DNA of 53,029 bases, the filler included, from Ionaspis alba (Eukaryota), in assembly GCA_964255285.1 (NCBI GenBank). It is 3 parts of 3 records of this genome, joined end to end, with 100 filler letters (N's around TTAATTAATTAA, not from the genome) between each part and the next. Parts side by side here need not be neighbours in the genome. Positions count along the whole stretch, not along the records: positions 1 to 17,628 come from CAXUUL010000315.1; 2 more parts are not named here. One strand, 5' to 3'. Under the pieces are notes generated by a model. That model saw nothing but the letters and a program-made list of their open reading frames with translations. It was not told the DNA's origin and made no database searches. This document shows positions 1-10,601 of this stretch, one piece after another; position 1 is the first letter of the stretch, and each line of letters opens with the position of its first letter. The position numbers and the translations under genes are program-made.

Positions 1-386
1 CTTGTCAACCATCACTAGAATGCTCTTCGATATTGGTCGCAACAAAATATGAGCATGTGATCATGTTTTGGGCATTGGTGATTTATAGGAAATGCCCGGA
101 TTTTGAAAGTGGTCGGGGTCTTGGCACTCGAATCACGCGACCATGCTGGAAACAAAGGCACCATAGGATATTGGATTGGAAGGGCATTTTGGAGAGAAAC
201 ATGTTCACGATCGCTCTATGTGGATATACGATTGGAACTGAAGTCATGGTCAAGGTCCACGATGCAAAGAACGAGTAGAGAAGGTTACCTAACCTTGCAG
301 CCACAGCAGTACCGGCAGCCTCCGTGCCATCCTGACCACATAATATCGTGAATCATCGTGCTATCATTCGCCGCCCGCGACTGTCG

Positions 387-2033
387 TTACCTAGCATCCG
401 AGTCTTCCTCGCTTCCGTTCAGCACCACGCTCTTCTCGGCCTCAACCCCATGCATAAGGTCGAAGCTCTCCTCGCTGACTTGGGGGCTTAACGCTCTACC
501 GGGAATCTCTCCATACCAGTCGACTCCTCCGCCCTTCGCCGGTTCCCGATTCGTCTCTTTCTCTTCCAGTGGAAGAAGGCTTCTGCCTTCTCCTGCTGGC
601 AGCAGGTACCTCCGGTGCCAGTCGCCGAGAAACATTCCTTCTGGGTCGACCTCGTCCCGGACATGTAGCCAATTGGACATCTCTGGGTACATTTTGTGTA
701 TTTCTTCACTGCTCACCGCTCTGAAGTTCTTTGCCCAGTGTGGCCGACCTCCCATCTCTTTCATGAGCCATTCGAAAGCTTCATAGTATCGTAGATGACA
801 AGGTGGATCGCGATTGTAAGGTCTGTAGAGTGTCGCATTCAGGTAAAGCGAAGGGCCGTCGGGGACAGTGTTGTCGAGGTAGGGTCGCGGCTGAGTAGTC
901 GAGGTATCGGAGACCCGAACTTCGATAGGTGCGTGGACATAGAGACCACTAGGATCAAATGGTATCCGGGATGTTGCTAAATCGCCGTTGAGCCATGCTG
1001 ATAATCGAGTAATAGCTTCGGGACCTTTTGATAATGGAATCGCCCACTCATTGACAAACTGCGAGTATAGACAATTCATCAAAAGACCAGTCCGTTCGTC
1101 TGCGACGCCTGAACTGCCAGGACCTTCCGCTTTGCCATACTGGACGGTAATGACGAACTTCTCGATGGCCGGTATCAAGCTTGGTATCCACTGCGCAGCA
1201 TATAGGAGGACATGATATACATGATATCCGAATCTCCCACCAAACCAGCCAGCTGGAGGCGCTCTCAGCGGCTTGTCCGTCTTGTCTGCCCTCCACTTCA
1301 CAGCTTTCTTCATGTACGGCATCCACCACACCCTCGTGAACTCCGTCTCCGTCCACAGATCCTCTTCCCAGTCTGCCAATATAGATTCTATCGGCACAAG
1401 CGTTTGATGCCATTCGATCTTGAACGCTGGCACAGCTTGGAATGTGACCTCGATAATGATGCCCAGAGCGCCGAGACTGACCAATGCAGCACGGAAGAGA
1501 TCTTTATTCTGCTCTACAGAGCAAGAAACAGTCCGTCCATTCGAAAGCATGATCTTTAAGCCAAGGATCGATTGTGATAATGTGCCGTGTCGTGTGGAGC
1601 TTCCATGGGTGCCAGTTCCAATAGCACCTGCTATCGACTGATCGTTGATGCTGCCCAGATTCGGCATAGCAAGCCCATAAGCTTTGAGCTCATCTTGTAG
1701 CTGGTGAATTCGGATGCCAGCCTGCATGACCGCAACTCTTGTACTCGGATTTATCGACACTATCTTGTTGTACTTGTCAAGGTTGACCATCCATGACGAC
1801 GTGCAGGTCAAGTCCGATGGCGAGTGGCCACAGCCGACTGTGACGATTCTTCGACGACATTTTCGAGCGAGTATGATGATCTTCTGGATTTCTTCGGTAG
1901 ACTCGGGTTGGATATAGAGCTCGGGACGGGAATGAAACGTTCGTGCCCAGGTGTGATGGTGGTGGGTTGTGGAGGCGCGGAATGGGACTGAGGGCTCCAC
2001 TCTAGATAGCTCTCGTCGGATCGTGAAATCCAT
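387..2033 (-). CDS. ALO1: D-arabinono-1,4-lactone oxidase (FAD-linked sugar lactone oxidase), 548 aa, intronless
   Basis: First ATG is at 2033 (the ORF track starts at an upstream GTG). Motifs HHTWARTF, VGCGHSPSDL (covalent-FAD His), IGTGTHGSS, SLGALGII, APIEVR and GGRPHWAK are typical of the ALO/GULO family. Confidence 0.93.
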   Translation of the reverse strand: MDFTIRRELSRVEPSVPFRASTTHHHHTWARTFHSRPELYIQPESTEEIQKIIILARKCRRRIVTVGCGHSPSDLTCTSSWMVNLDKYNKIVSINPSTRVAVMQAGIRIHQLQDELKAYGLAMPNLGSINDQSIAGAIGTGTHGSSTRHGTLSQSILGLKIMLSNGRTVSCSVEQNKDLFRAALVSLGALGIIIEVTFQAVPAFKIEWHQTLVPIESILADWEEDLWTETEFTRVWWMPYMKKAVKWRADKTDKPLRAPPAGWFGGRFGYHVYHVLLYAAQWIPSLIPAIEKFVITVQYGKAEGPGSSGVADERTGLLMNCLYSQFVNEWAIPLSKGPEAITRLSAWLNGDLATSRIPFDPSGLYVHAPIEVRVSDTSTTQPRPYLDNTVPDGPSLYLNATLYRPYNRDPPCHLRYYEAFEWLMKEMGGRPHWAKNFRAVSSEEIHKMYPEMSNWLHVRDEVDPEGMFLGDWHRRYLLPAGEGRSLLPLEEKETNREPAKGGGVDWYGEIPGRALSPQVSEESFDLMHGVEAEKSVVLNGSEEDSDAR

Positions 2034-2620
2034 GACCAGCAAGGTACGAGAATGCACTGTGCTATGGAGCAGCGCACTTTGCCGCTTAATACCACGTCTC
2101 TATCGAGATGTGGGGCATGTCCATACTGTGTTATGGGCACAAGAGAGGCTCATGGGGCTACCACTTTAGCCGTGGGACAGGGAGGAAGGACGTGGGGCTA
2201 ATGCAAAAACCCCTGCTAAGGTGATCAGCTCCGTAGCCGCACCTTCGCACGTGCAGCTCAATTTGTAATCTATGTACATAGACTCGATAGCAGCAGGAGA
2301 AGATGTAATAATTATAGAGATATAAGAGGAACAAACCCAGCCAAGAAAGGGTATTATATCTGAGGTTTCCCGGCAGCAGCCCAGAATGGACTCAAATTAT
2401 TAGCAATCTCTAAAGCCTGCCCAGAGCTGAAACTACACTATCTTTTCTTTTCCATCTCATTCATCGTCGTCAAAACGCCACTTATGGCAGTGTCCTGTAA
2501 CAAGGAAAAAAACCTGGGTGTGAACGAGTATGTAGCTTTATGATTGCCTTCCTTTGCCCTACATAGTGGGGTTTTGCCCAGTGTACGAGTTGGCTTCGGA
2601 TCGAAACCACCGCCAGAGCC

Positions 2621-3772
2621 ATGCCACAGCCAGAGATTAGTCCTCCGCCAGCAAAGCGTCGCCGTTTAGCAGGAGACTCCCCAGCTACTCATATTTCTCA
2701 CCTGGCCTCGTCTATTCCATCAAGACCAATCACAGATCTCGAACCTTTGGACCTTCGCGTCTTCTCATGGAACATCAATGGCATATCGCCTTTCCTCCAA
2801 CCATCCATTACAAATTTCTTCGGTTTAGCCAAATCCGCGCCGAAGCAAGGCCCGCTCTCTCGTGGGAGCTCGCCGGTCCAAAGATCGCCAGATCTCCGTA
2901 CTTGTCTTAAGCGATGGAAATGGCCTCAAGTGGTCTGCTTGCAAGAAGTCAAGATAGCTAGCAAGGATACAAAGACGCAGCAAGCTGTTCGCAAAGCAGT
3001 CAAGTGCCCATTGCTATCCTTTGAGCACGAAGAAGAACCTGATTACGCTGCTTACTTCTGCCTACCAAGAGACCAATACAATGCTCGCGGATTTGGTGGC
3101 AAAGTGTATGGCGTCTGCATGCTTATTCGAGACAGTTTGTTCTCTACGGAGCTGATTGAACCTGAGAAGGATATCCAGGAAGCAAAGTGGGACCTCGAAG
3201 GCCGGGTTCTGGTGCTGAAAATCCCGAAGAAGAAATTGGTTATATTCAATGTTTACGCTGTCAACGGGACAGAAAATGCTTACCGAAGCCCGCGGACTGG
3301 CGAGATCATCGGCACAAGACACGATCGAAAACGTGCGTTCTACACTGAGTTGAAAAACGAGTGCAGACTCTATGAGAATAAAGGCTGGGTAGTTGTTATT
3401 GCCGGAGATCTCAATATAGCCCGGAGTCCCATTGATGGTTTTCCAGGCCGCAGAATGGGAGAAGCACACGTCAAGAACAGGCGAGATTTTGAGGAAAAGT
3501 TCATTCAAAAAAGTGAGGAAGGTCTGGGTATGATAGATAGTTTCAGAGCGCTTCATGGGGAGGAGATGAAGTATAGCTATAGATCTCCGAGCAGGGCATG
3601 GGGGAGTTCATGTGATAGAGTTGATTTGATTTTGTTATCCAGGCACGTTGAAGTATCGAGTGAATTACGACTGAGAGAAGCTGATATTCTAGACGAGGAG
3701 GATGAGAGAGGCACCAGCGATCACCTCCCATTGTATGTTACGTTACATTTTGAATCTGTTGATCATTCTTAG
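2621..3772 (+). CDS. Exonuclease III / AP-endonuclease-like EEP family nuclease, 383 aa, intronless
   Basis: EEP catalytic motifs in order: SWNING, CLQEVK, VYAVNG, GDLNIA, DSFR, YSY, DRVDLIL, SDH. N-terminal NLS-like PPAKRRR. No C-terminal zf-GRF, so it is not a canonical Apn2. Confidence 0.88.
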   Translation: MPQPEISPPPAKRRRLAGDSPATHISHLASSIPSRPITDLEPLDLRVFSWNINGISPFLQPSITNFFGLAKSAPKQGPLSRGSSPVQRSPDLRTCLKRWKWPQVVCLQEVKIASKDTKTQQAVRKAVKCPLLSFEHEEEPDYAAYFCLPRDQYNARGFGGKVYGVCMLIRDSLFSTELIEPEKDIQEAKWDLEGRVLVLKIPKKKLVIFNVYAVNGTENAYRSPRTGEIIGTRHDRKRAFYTELKNECRLYENKGWVVVIAGDLNIARSPIDGFPGRRMGEAHVKNRRDFEEKFIQKSEEGLGMIDSFRALHGEEMKYSYRSPSRAWGSSCDRVDLILLSRHVEVSSELRLREADILDEEDERGTSDHLPLYVTLHFESVDHS

Positions 3773-4007
3773 TAGTTTCAAGAAGCTTTTTCGACCGCTA
3801 TTTGGGGATCAAATGCCTGCAAAGCGCAGTGGTTCTGCAGTTCGCATCGAAGGCCAGATTGCTACGAATTTTCTGTTGGGGAACAAAAATCGAGACCTTG
3901 CATGATGAGCCGCTCTCGATGTAGAGTAGCAGGCACCTGCCTCACGATCTCAAGATCATCCATTGAAGACAAAAAACGGGCAACACAGATCATATCAAAG
4001 ACTCTCG

Positions 4008-5595
4008 TCATGATCTCCTATCCCTTCGACCTGGGTTCTCCCTTGCACTACGCTTCCGCACAGGTTTGTTCTCCACAGCTTCTGTTTTGACCTCCTTCTG
4101 CTGTGGGGCAAGCTTTCTCGGCCAATTCTTCGCAATGTCGATATTGGCTCGTGGAGCCCACATTTCCAGAAATACAAAGAGTAGGTAGTCTACCACCACG
4201 CAGAGACAAAACAGCTTGCCAGCCCATATTCCACATCCATAGTACCTCTTAAGTCTATCGATGAGTGCGAAGCTCTGCACTCCAGCTCTTCCTCTTGTGG
4301 CGGACCATCCGCCTCCAGACTGATCACCATAGAACTCCTCTTCGCTCAATGCACCGGTGATGCCATCATACACCCTTTCGGTACGCTGCGCAACGTTTGT
4401 CCATGAATACATCGCCTTGACTTGATCATGAAATTGGTCCGTGGAAATCTTGTTCGATCTCAATAGCGCGATAGCTTTGAGAGTCTGGACGACTAGATTG
4501 TCTTCCTCCGGCTTCGCAAACGTAGTCATGTGCTCTGGGAGAACCTCAGGGATACCTCCAACGCAAGTGCAGACAACATACAATCCACAGCTTGCGGCTT
4601 CCACAATGACCGTACCGAAAGCTTCGGTCAAGCTTGGATGTAGATATATATGGCCACGCACCATGACATCCCTCACCTCTTCATGTCGGACAGGTCCGAG
4701 TAGCTCCACTCTGTCCTGAAGTACTCTTCGTTCAAGCATTTGCTCAAGGTCTATGGCCTTTGGTCCAGAGCCGGCGATGATGAAACGCACATGAGGATCA
4801 TTCGCAAGTATTCGAGGTATGGCCGCAATCAAGAGATCTGTCCCTTTGTTGTAGAACAGTCGGGAGATAACAACTATAGTGATTGTATCATGAGGGGCCA
4901 GTTGCTGAGACATAGGCAAAGGTGCCCGAGAATCCTTCGACGACGCTTTGTGCTTTGCTTTACTATTGGGATCGTACGACAGTGGTCTGAAATTCTCTGC
5001 AACGACTGCATTAGGAATAACCGACACCATGAATGGGTCTAAAGAAGCTCGCAGCACTGTATTCTCTTTGCTATTTCTTGACGTTAGCTACTCTGACTGT
5101 CGCATCGGCGAAGTAGGCGTACCAGGTGTGGCTAACGCAAATGACATGATCAACATCACTCAGGGTAAACTTCAGAAGCTTGTTCGTCAAGATGCTTCCT
5201 GCATCTGCGAAACCGAAGAGTGAATGGTCTGTAAAAACTGTTCGAAGCCCCATAGTTCTGGCATGTAATATAGCTTCATGACATAAGCTGCTGAGACTGG
5301 CATGGCCATGTACAATCTCGATTTGTTCGCGTATAATAATATTGCGGAAGATGGGAAAGAACGAAAATACTGTAGGAAAAGTAGACTCGCGATATATTAC
5401 AAGAAATGGTACATGGTAGACTTTGAGGCCGTTTGTGAGGTACCTGACGCCGGTTCTGCCCTCATATGCATGGGTAATGATCACCACTTTGTGACCACGG
5501 TCGATCAGCTTTGTGGAAAGTTGATAGATATGGCTTTCGACTCCTCCTGGTTGAGGGAAGAAGAAGTCGCTGACCATAGCGATATTGTATGGCAT
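4008..5595 (-). CDS. SPT14: Phosphatidylinositol N-acetylglucosaminyltransferase catalytic subunit (PIG-A/GPI3), 2 exons
   Basis: N-terminus [24 protein letters not shown]. Intron 5071-5122 (GTACGC..GCTAAC..TAG) joins [15 protein letters not shown]4 motif [17 protein letters not shown] and a C-terminal hydrophobic segment are present. Confidence 0.96.
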
Positions 5596-5818
5596 AGTAA
5601 GATAAATTGGAGTGAAAAGCCATCACCTCATAGACATATAGCTGCTCAGTGCTTGAAGGTTGACACGTTGCCGGTGGAAGGCACACTGCTCTCAGGGGGT
5701 TGAGATGCCAAGTCCGCGCTTGAATAAACACTAAACGCGGGCGGTGAGACCAGTAGTGGCAGAAAAAGATATCAATTCTGAATTTCGTGATGCTGGCTGA
5801 GATGCTCAACCGTCAAGA

Positions 5819-8290
5819 ATGGCTGCACAGTTCTACGCACGCTACATACCTCCTGCTAATCCGAAACTTTCGGAACCTTCTGTCTCAGCTCGTCAGGATG
5901 AATCCAAGAAGCGCAAGCGAGACAAGGACAATGGTGTCGACTTAGAGCCGAGCACGCTCGAAGGCACGAGAACAAAAGGCAATTTGCTTCCTCACCAGGA
6001 GTTTACTTTGAATCATAATCGTACTATTGAAGATGGAGACGAGGATTCTAGAAATACAAGAATTGTTGAGGACGGGACGAAAAAGCAGAAAAAGAAAGCC
6101 AAGCATTCCAATCGTGTCAATGAAGAGCAGCATGGTCCACCGCAATTGGTAGATAGGAAGGATGAAAATTCAGAAATCACAGTGAAGAATAGGAAGAAAA
6201 GGAAAAAGGGGGATGACGAAGATAGCCCGCTCCCATACCAAGATGGTCCTGATTCTATTGGCCGCGCAGACTTGCATATTTCCGAGGACAAGGTCGAAGA
6301 CGGAGCTTCCAAGCACAAGAAAATTCTATCCAAATTTGAGAGATCGAACCAAGTTGCTGCGAAGCTATCTAAAAGGATCAAACAGGCTGCTGAAGGTGGA
6401 GAAAAAGACGACCAGACCCAAGCAATAGCAACACCTATTGAAGCACACGGCTTAGTCCCTCTCCCACAACCGCCAGAAGTTCAGGATGCTTCTCCAGGTC
6501 CCGGCTTCTCCTCGTTGCCTGATTGGCTTGCACATCCTATGATCGTGTCTTCGACAGATACAGTCCCTTTCGGTAATCTGTCGCTCAGCAGCTCAACGAT
6601 GTCATCTTTGAGAGCCAAAGGCTACGTAAACGCTTTTGCTATACAGCGTTCCGTGCTTCCAATGCTTTTATCCGGACCGGATCACTATAATGGAGATTTG
6701 TGTATCTCTGCCACCACAGGATCCGGTAAAACGCTTGCCTACGTTCTTCCAATGGTTGAGCGCCTACGAAACAAGCCTGTGACTCGGCTCCGTGGATTGA
6801 TAGTTGTTCCGACCAGAGAGCTGGTCAACCAGGTCAAAGGTTCTCTGGAAGCATGTAGCTCTGGAAGTGGTCTGAAAATAGGTACCGCAGTGGGAAGCAA
6901 GACCTTGAGGGAAGAGCAGGCGTTACTGATAAAGGAGGAGCAGAAATATGATCCGCAAGGTTACAAGCAGGCGCTGAGGAACCAAATGAATGACGCGGAA
7001 GATTACATGAATTGGGATGACAGCTTCGATGAAACATATGAAACCTGTGACTCCGACGAAACGGATGAAGAGGATGAGAGTCTTGTCGATTATGTCACGG
7101 AACACAATTCAAGGATAGATATACTCATCTGTACTCCTGGCCGACTGGTTGACCACATGAAATCTACGAAGGGTTTTACTTTGGATCATGTGCAATGGCT
7201 TGTGGTCGACGAGGCTGATCGATTGCTTGATGAAAGCTTCCAGCAATGGGTTGACATCGTTGTGCCAGCGCTGGAAAGAAAGGCAGATCCTGATGCAGTC
7301 GCTAAGAAGTTGGAAAAGCTACTTCATATCCACGAACCGAGAGAAGTTCAAAAAATTATACTCAGTGCAACGATGACCAAAGACATAAGCAAGCTTCTGG
7401 CATTGAAGCTTAGACGTCCAAGACTGGTGGTGCTTGAGAACGCACAAAATAGGGAAGCAATAGCTGATCATCAGAGTTCTGCCTCCATTGCTCTACAATC
7501 GAATATTGATCTTCCCATAACGCTCAAAGAGGCGACACTGCCAATACGCAAAGCGGAAGAGAAACCTCTGTACCTAATCAAGCTTCTATCTGACGGACTC
7601 GACTTACCATCAAATGAAGATTCAAAGCCGAGAGGTCTAATCTTGAACGGGCAAAGCACAACCGGAGACACCTCGTCGTCTTCAGAGAGTGACTCAGATT
7701 CGAGCACATCTACCTCAGGCTCGAGTTCGAACTCGAACTCCGTAGCCGAGAATGCCGACCTCAAGAGAAAGGAAGTACCACCATCAACACACGGTGTTCT
7801 AATATTTACAAACAACAACGAAAACGCCTTACGCTTAGCTCGACTTCTGGTTCTTCTCCGCCCATACTGGGCAAAGCATATTAATTCGTTGACCAAATCC
7901 ACTGCCACTTCCGCCGGCCGCAAAGCGCTTGCTGCATTCCGCAGACGAAAGCTCTCCGTCCTCATCGCGTCTGATCGAGCATCCCGAGGGTTGGACATTG
8001 AAAATCTAGCACATGTGGTCAACTACGACATGCCAAGCAGCCTTACGAGCTATGTTCATAGAATCGGAAGGACTGCGAGAGCGGGAAAGCCTGGAAAAGC
8101 AACGACTCTGGTTGCTCATCATGAGGGTCGGTGGTTCGCAAATGAGATTGCAAAATCCAGCAGTATCAATCGTGCAAACAAGGTCACCAGAATAGAATGG
8201 CGGACAGATGTCATCAGCGAGGATGATAGAGAGGCTTACGAGGTGGCTTTGAGGCAGCTTGGCAAAGAGGCTCGCGGAGAGACAGCATGA
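5819..8290 (+). CDS. DBP6: DEAD-box RNA helicase Dbp6/DDX51 (60S biogenesis), 823 aa
   Basis: N-terminal FYARYIPP, Q motif AFAIQ, TGSGKTLAY, VPTREL, TPGRLVDH, DEADRLL, SATM, ASRGLD and HRIGRTARAG. Confidence 0.92.
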   Translation: MAAQFYARYIPPANPKLSEPSVSARQDESKKRKRDKDNGVDLEPSTLEGTRTKGNLLPHQEFTLNHNRTIEDGDEDSRNTRIVEDGTKKQKKKAKHSNRVNEEQHGPPQLVDRKDENSEITVKNRKKRKKGDDEDSPLPYQDGPDSIGRADLHISEDKVEDGASKHKKILSKFERSNQVAAKLSKRIKQAAEGGEKDDQTQAIATPIEAHGLVPLPQPPEVQDASPGPGFSSLPDWLAHPMIVSSTDTVPFGNLSLSSSTMSSLRAKGYVNAFAIQRSVLPMLLSGPDHYNGDLCISATTGSGKTLAYVLPMVERLRNKPVTRLRGLIVVPTRELVNQVKGSLEACSSGSGLKIGTAVGSKTLREEQALLIKEEQKYDPQGYKQALRNQMNDAEDYMNWDDSFDETYETCDSDETDEEDESLVDYVTEHNSRIDILICTPGRLVDHMKSTKGFTLDHVQWLVVDEADRLLDESFQQWVDIVVPALERKADPDAVAKKLEKLLHIHEPREVQKIILSATMTKDISKLLALKLRRPRLVVLENAQNREAIADHQSSASIALQSNIDLPITLKEATLPIRKAEEKPLYLIKLLSDGLDLPSNEDSKPRGLILNGQSTTGDTSSSSESDSDSSTSTSGSSSNSNSVAENADLKRKEVPPSTHGVLIFTNNNENALRLARLLVLLRPYWAKHINSLTKSTATSAGRKALAAFRRRKLSVLIASDRASRGLDIENLAHVVNYDMPSSLTSYVHRIGRTARAGKPGKATTLVAHHEGRWFANEIAKSSSINRANKVTRIEWRTDVISEDDREAYEVALRQLGKEARGETA

Positions 8291-8552
8291 GGAGATCATT
8301 GGTGCAATTCGGTAGTTACGTAGTTGTGAGATACCCCTTAAGCATCCACTTTCATTAAAGTGTCTCCACCTAATTCTGAAGTCTTGCATCTCATCTATGT
8401 GGTATCATCATTCATGTCATCGTGATGCTAGCACGATGTCAGCCTTACCCCTCAACCCGGTCTGCGAGGTAGCACTCACCACCAAGCTCACATCGCCTCC
8501 ATTTCAAGGCCTTCTAGCACCTTCGCTTCGGTAAGAGACAACCCTATCACTC

Positions 8553-9308
8553 TTAGAGAGCAACCAAGCCTTCCTTCAAACTCCCCACGTCAATCCGCCT
8601 CCACATCCCCACATGTCCAATTCCCTCCTCCACCCACTCCCCCAGCTCTTCATCCAGCACAAACCCCAGCCTCTTATAAAACGACTCAACCCCCTTCTGC
8701 GCATGCACAAGCACCAACCCCTTCCAAGCCCCCAGCTCCGCATCCGCTCTCTCCCTCTCCACACCACCTCCCTTCGTCGGCTGCAACTTATCCGCATTCT
8801 TCCCCGCCCACTCGATCGCTGTGCTCACCAGCAATCTTGCCAGCCCCAACCCTCTATACTCCTTCAGCGTGGCCATACGCCCCAGCTTGACGTACGGCTC
8901 CTTCCCATCATGCATTTTCGTCGCTCTGTCCCTTCCCCCAGCCACTGTAGACACTTTTTCTCCACCGACGCCATCCACACTCCCCGGTGCTGGGTGCGGC
9001 TCGTGGGGAGGCGGCACGAGACGGATAGTGCCCACGGCCACTTTTCCACCCTCGGATCTCCGGCGCTCGGTATCGGCAGGATCTGGGGGTAGCTTGGTGC
9101 TGACGCTTGCGTAGACGACCCAGTGCCAGCTTCGCTGGTCGTCGGCGTCGACTTCATTCGCTAGAGTGCATTTTTGTTCGTCGACGAAGACGGTGGTGCG
9201 GACGCTGAGAGCTTCGGTAAAGATTTCCGGGTGAGGGTTCGTGGGAGTCGAGGGATCGAGGATGGTGGGGCCGGGAGGCGGGAGGAGAGAGATGAATTGG
9301 GTAGACAT
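8553..9308 (-). CDS. GNAT-family acetyltransferase, 251 aa
   Basis: VRTTVFVDEQ, VGTIRL, KLGRMATLKEYRGLGLA (acetyl-CoA motif A), VHAQ..FYKRLGF, EEGIGHVGMW. Confidence 0.88.
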   Translation of the reverse strand: MSTQFISLLPPPGPTILDPSTPTNPHPEIFTEALSVRTTVFVDEQKCTLANEVDADDQRSWHWVVYASVSTKLPPDPADTERRRSEGGKVAVGTIRLVPPPHEPHPAPGSVDGVGGEKVSTVAGGRDRATKMHDGKEPYVKLGRMATLKEYRGLGLARLLVSTAIEWAGKNADKLQPTKGGGVERERADAELGAWKGLVLVHAQKGVESFYKRLGFVLDEELGEWVEEGIGHVGMWRRIDVGSLKEGLVAL

Positions 9309-10601
9309 GCTTTTGTAAGGGTGGGATGTGAATGTGAGGGTTTCGTGTATGAAGTGGTTGTAGGTATCGGGTGGTGTTGGATTTTCTAAAAGAGAGGGGG
9401 TGGTTTTTGAGGTGTCTGGAATTAGTGGTATTTGAAGGCAAGGTCTAATAACCTTTCAATCAGAGTGAAGATTGAGATGGTTTTGGAGGAAGTGATAGCA
9501 AGTTGATTCACTCATTTCACGTGCTGGTGAACCGTGCGGTGTTTTGAGTCAACCTGTTCTTGGCACCAGTTTGCTTGGCTATTCCTATCAACTTCATCGC
9601 TGCTAATATGATTCAACGAATCGAGCTTAAAGTGAGGTTGTCAATGTGTTCTTGGTGACTCTGCTGCCATCATACAGGCTGTGTCGGCCACAGGATACGT
9701 GCAGCTCTGCCCTAGTCCAGGAACGCACTAGCGTGATCTGCCGCGGCATCGTTTGATTCGTGAGGCTAAAAGCGGCTCTTTTCTTTTGATTCTTCTTCGG
9801 TGTGATTTGTAACCTGTTGTTCTACTTCTAGCTCAGTACTTGCATCACGGAGTCTCTGCCAGGCACAGCGACCAGGCCAAGGATCGAAAGCGGTAGTGAT
9901 GCCAAGCTGAGCGGCTAACTCAATCAAGGGATCCTTAGCCGAGAGGCTTTATTTCCTGCATATACGGAGTCCAAGGCCAACACCTCTCATCCGTCGTCAA
10001 TGTTATGATATGCCAATCGAGAGCACACGAGACTTAAGTAGCAATCTGGCTGCTTAGATGACTTGATTCAATTTGGTCCAAGCAATAATAATTTTCCACT
10101 TTGTAACCCTACCATTCTGAATCTCGTTAGGTGCATTGTACAAGTCATCCACATCTCACGCTTTTAAGATGTGCCGTCGATGGCTGTGACCCTACTGGCC
10201 GCTGTCAAACAATGTTCGCCACCAGCCGCGGCCTCTTCCCTCCTTGTTTCTTGCTCTTCCAGGGCCATCGATACGAGATGCCAATATGAGTCCACGAGTA
10301 GCGCTTGATAACGTTCGCTTGGCGGCCGTTTTGAGAGGTCAGCGGCCCGCGTTGTGGCTTACCGTATCTGGTAGGGACCGGCGTGGCTTGTTCGTCCAAT
10401 AGTCATATTGCATGTTTATTGATCTTCGTTCTCCCGTGTCGAGTTTCTCGTATGGACCTCTCCAGGCCAAAGTTATTTGCATCTTATGCTCAGAATATAA
10501 GAAGCATGGTGCCTTCCAGACTCAAAGCCTTCCTACTCGCTGATTTGAACTTCATTCCATTTTCTCATGTGTTTATGAATATATGAGGGAGAAAGCCCAC
10601 C

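Noticed and set aside
1..386. Short ORFs at the window start
   Set aside because: No recognisable motifs. The region is more simply the 3' flank of ALO1 and of a gene outside the window.
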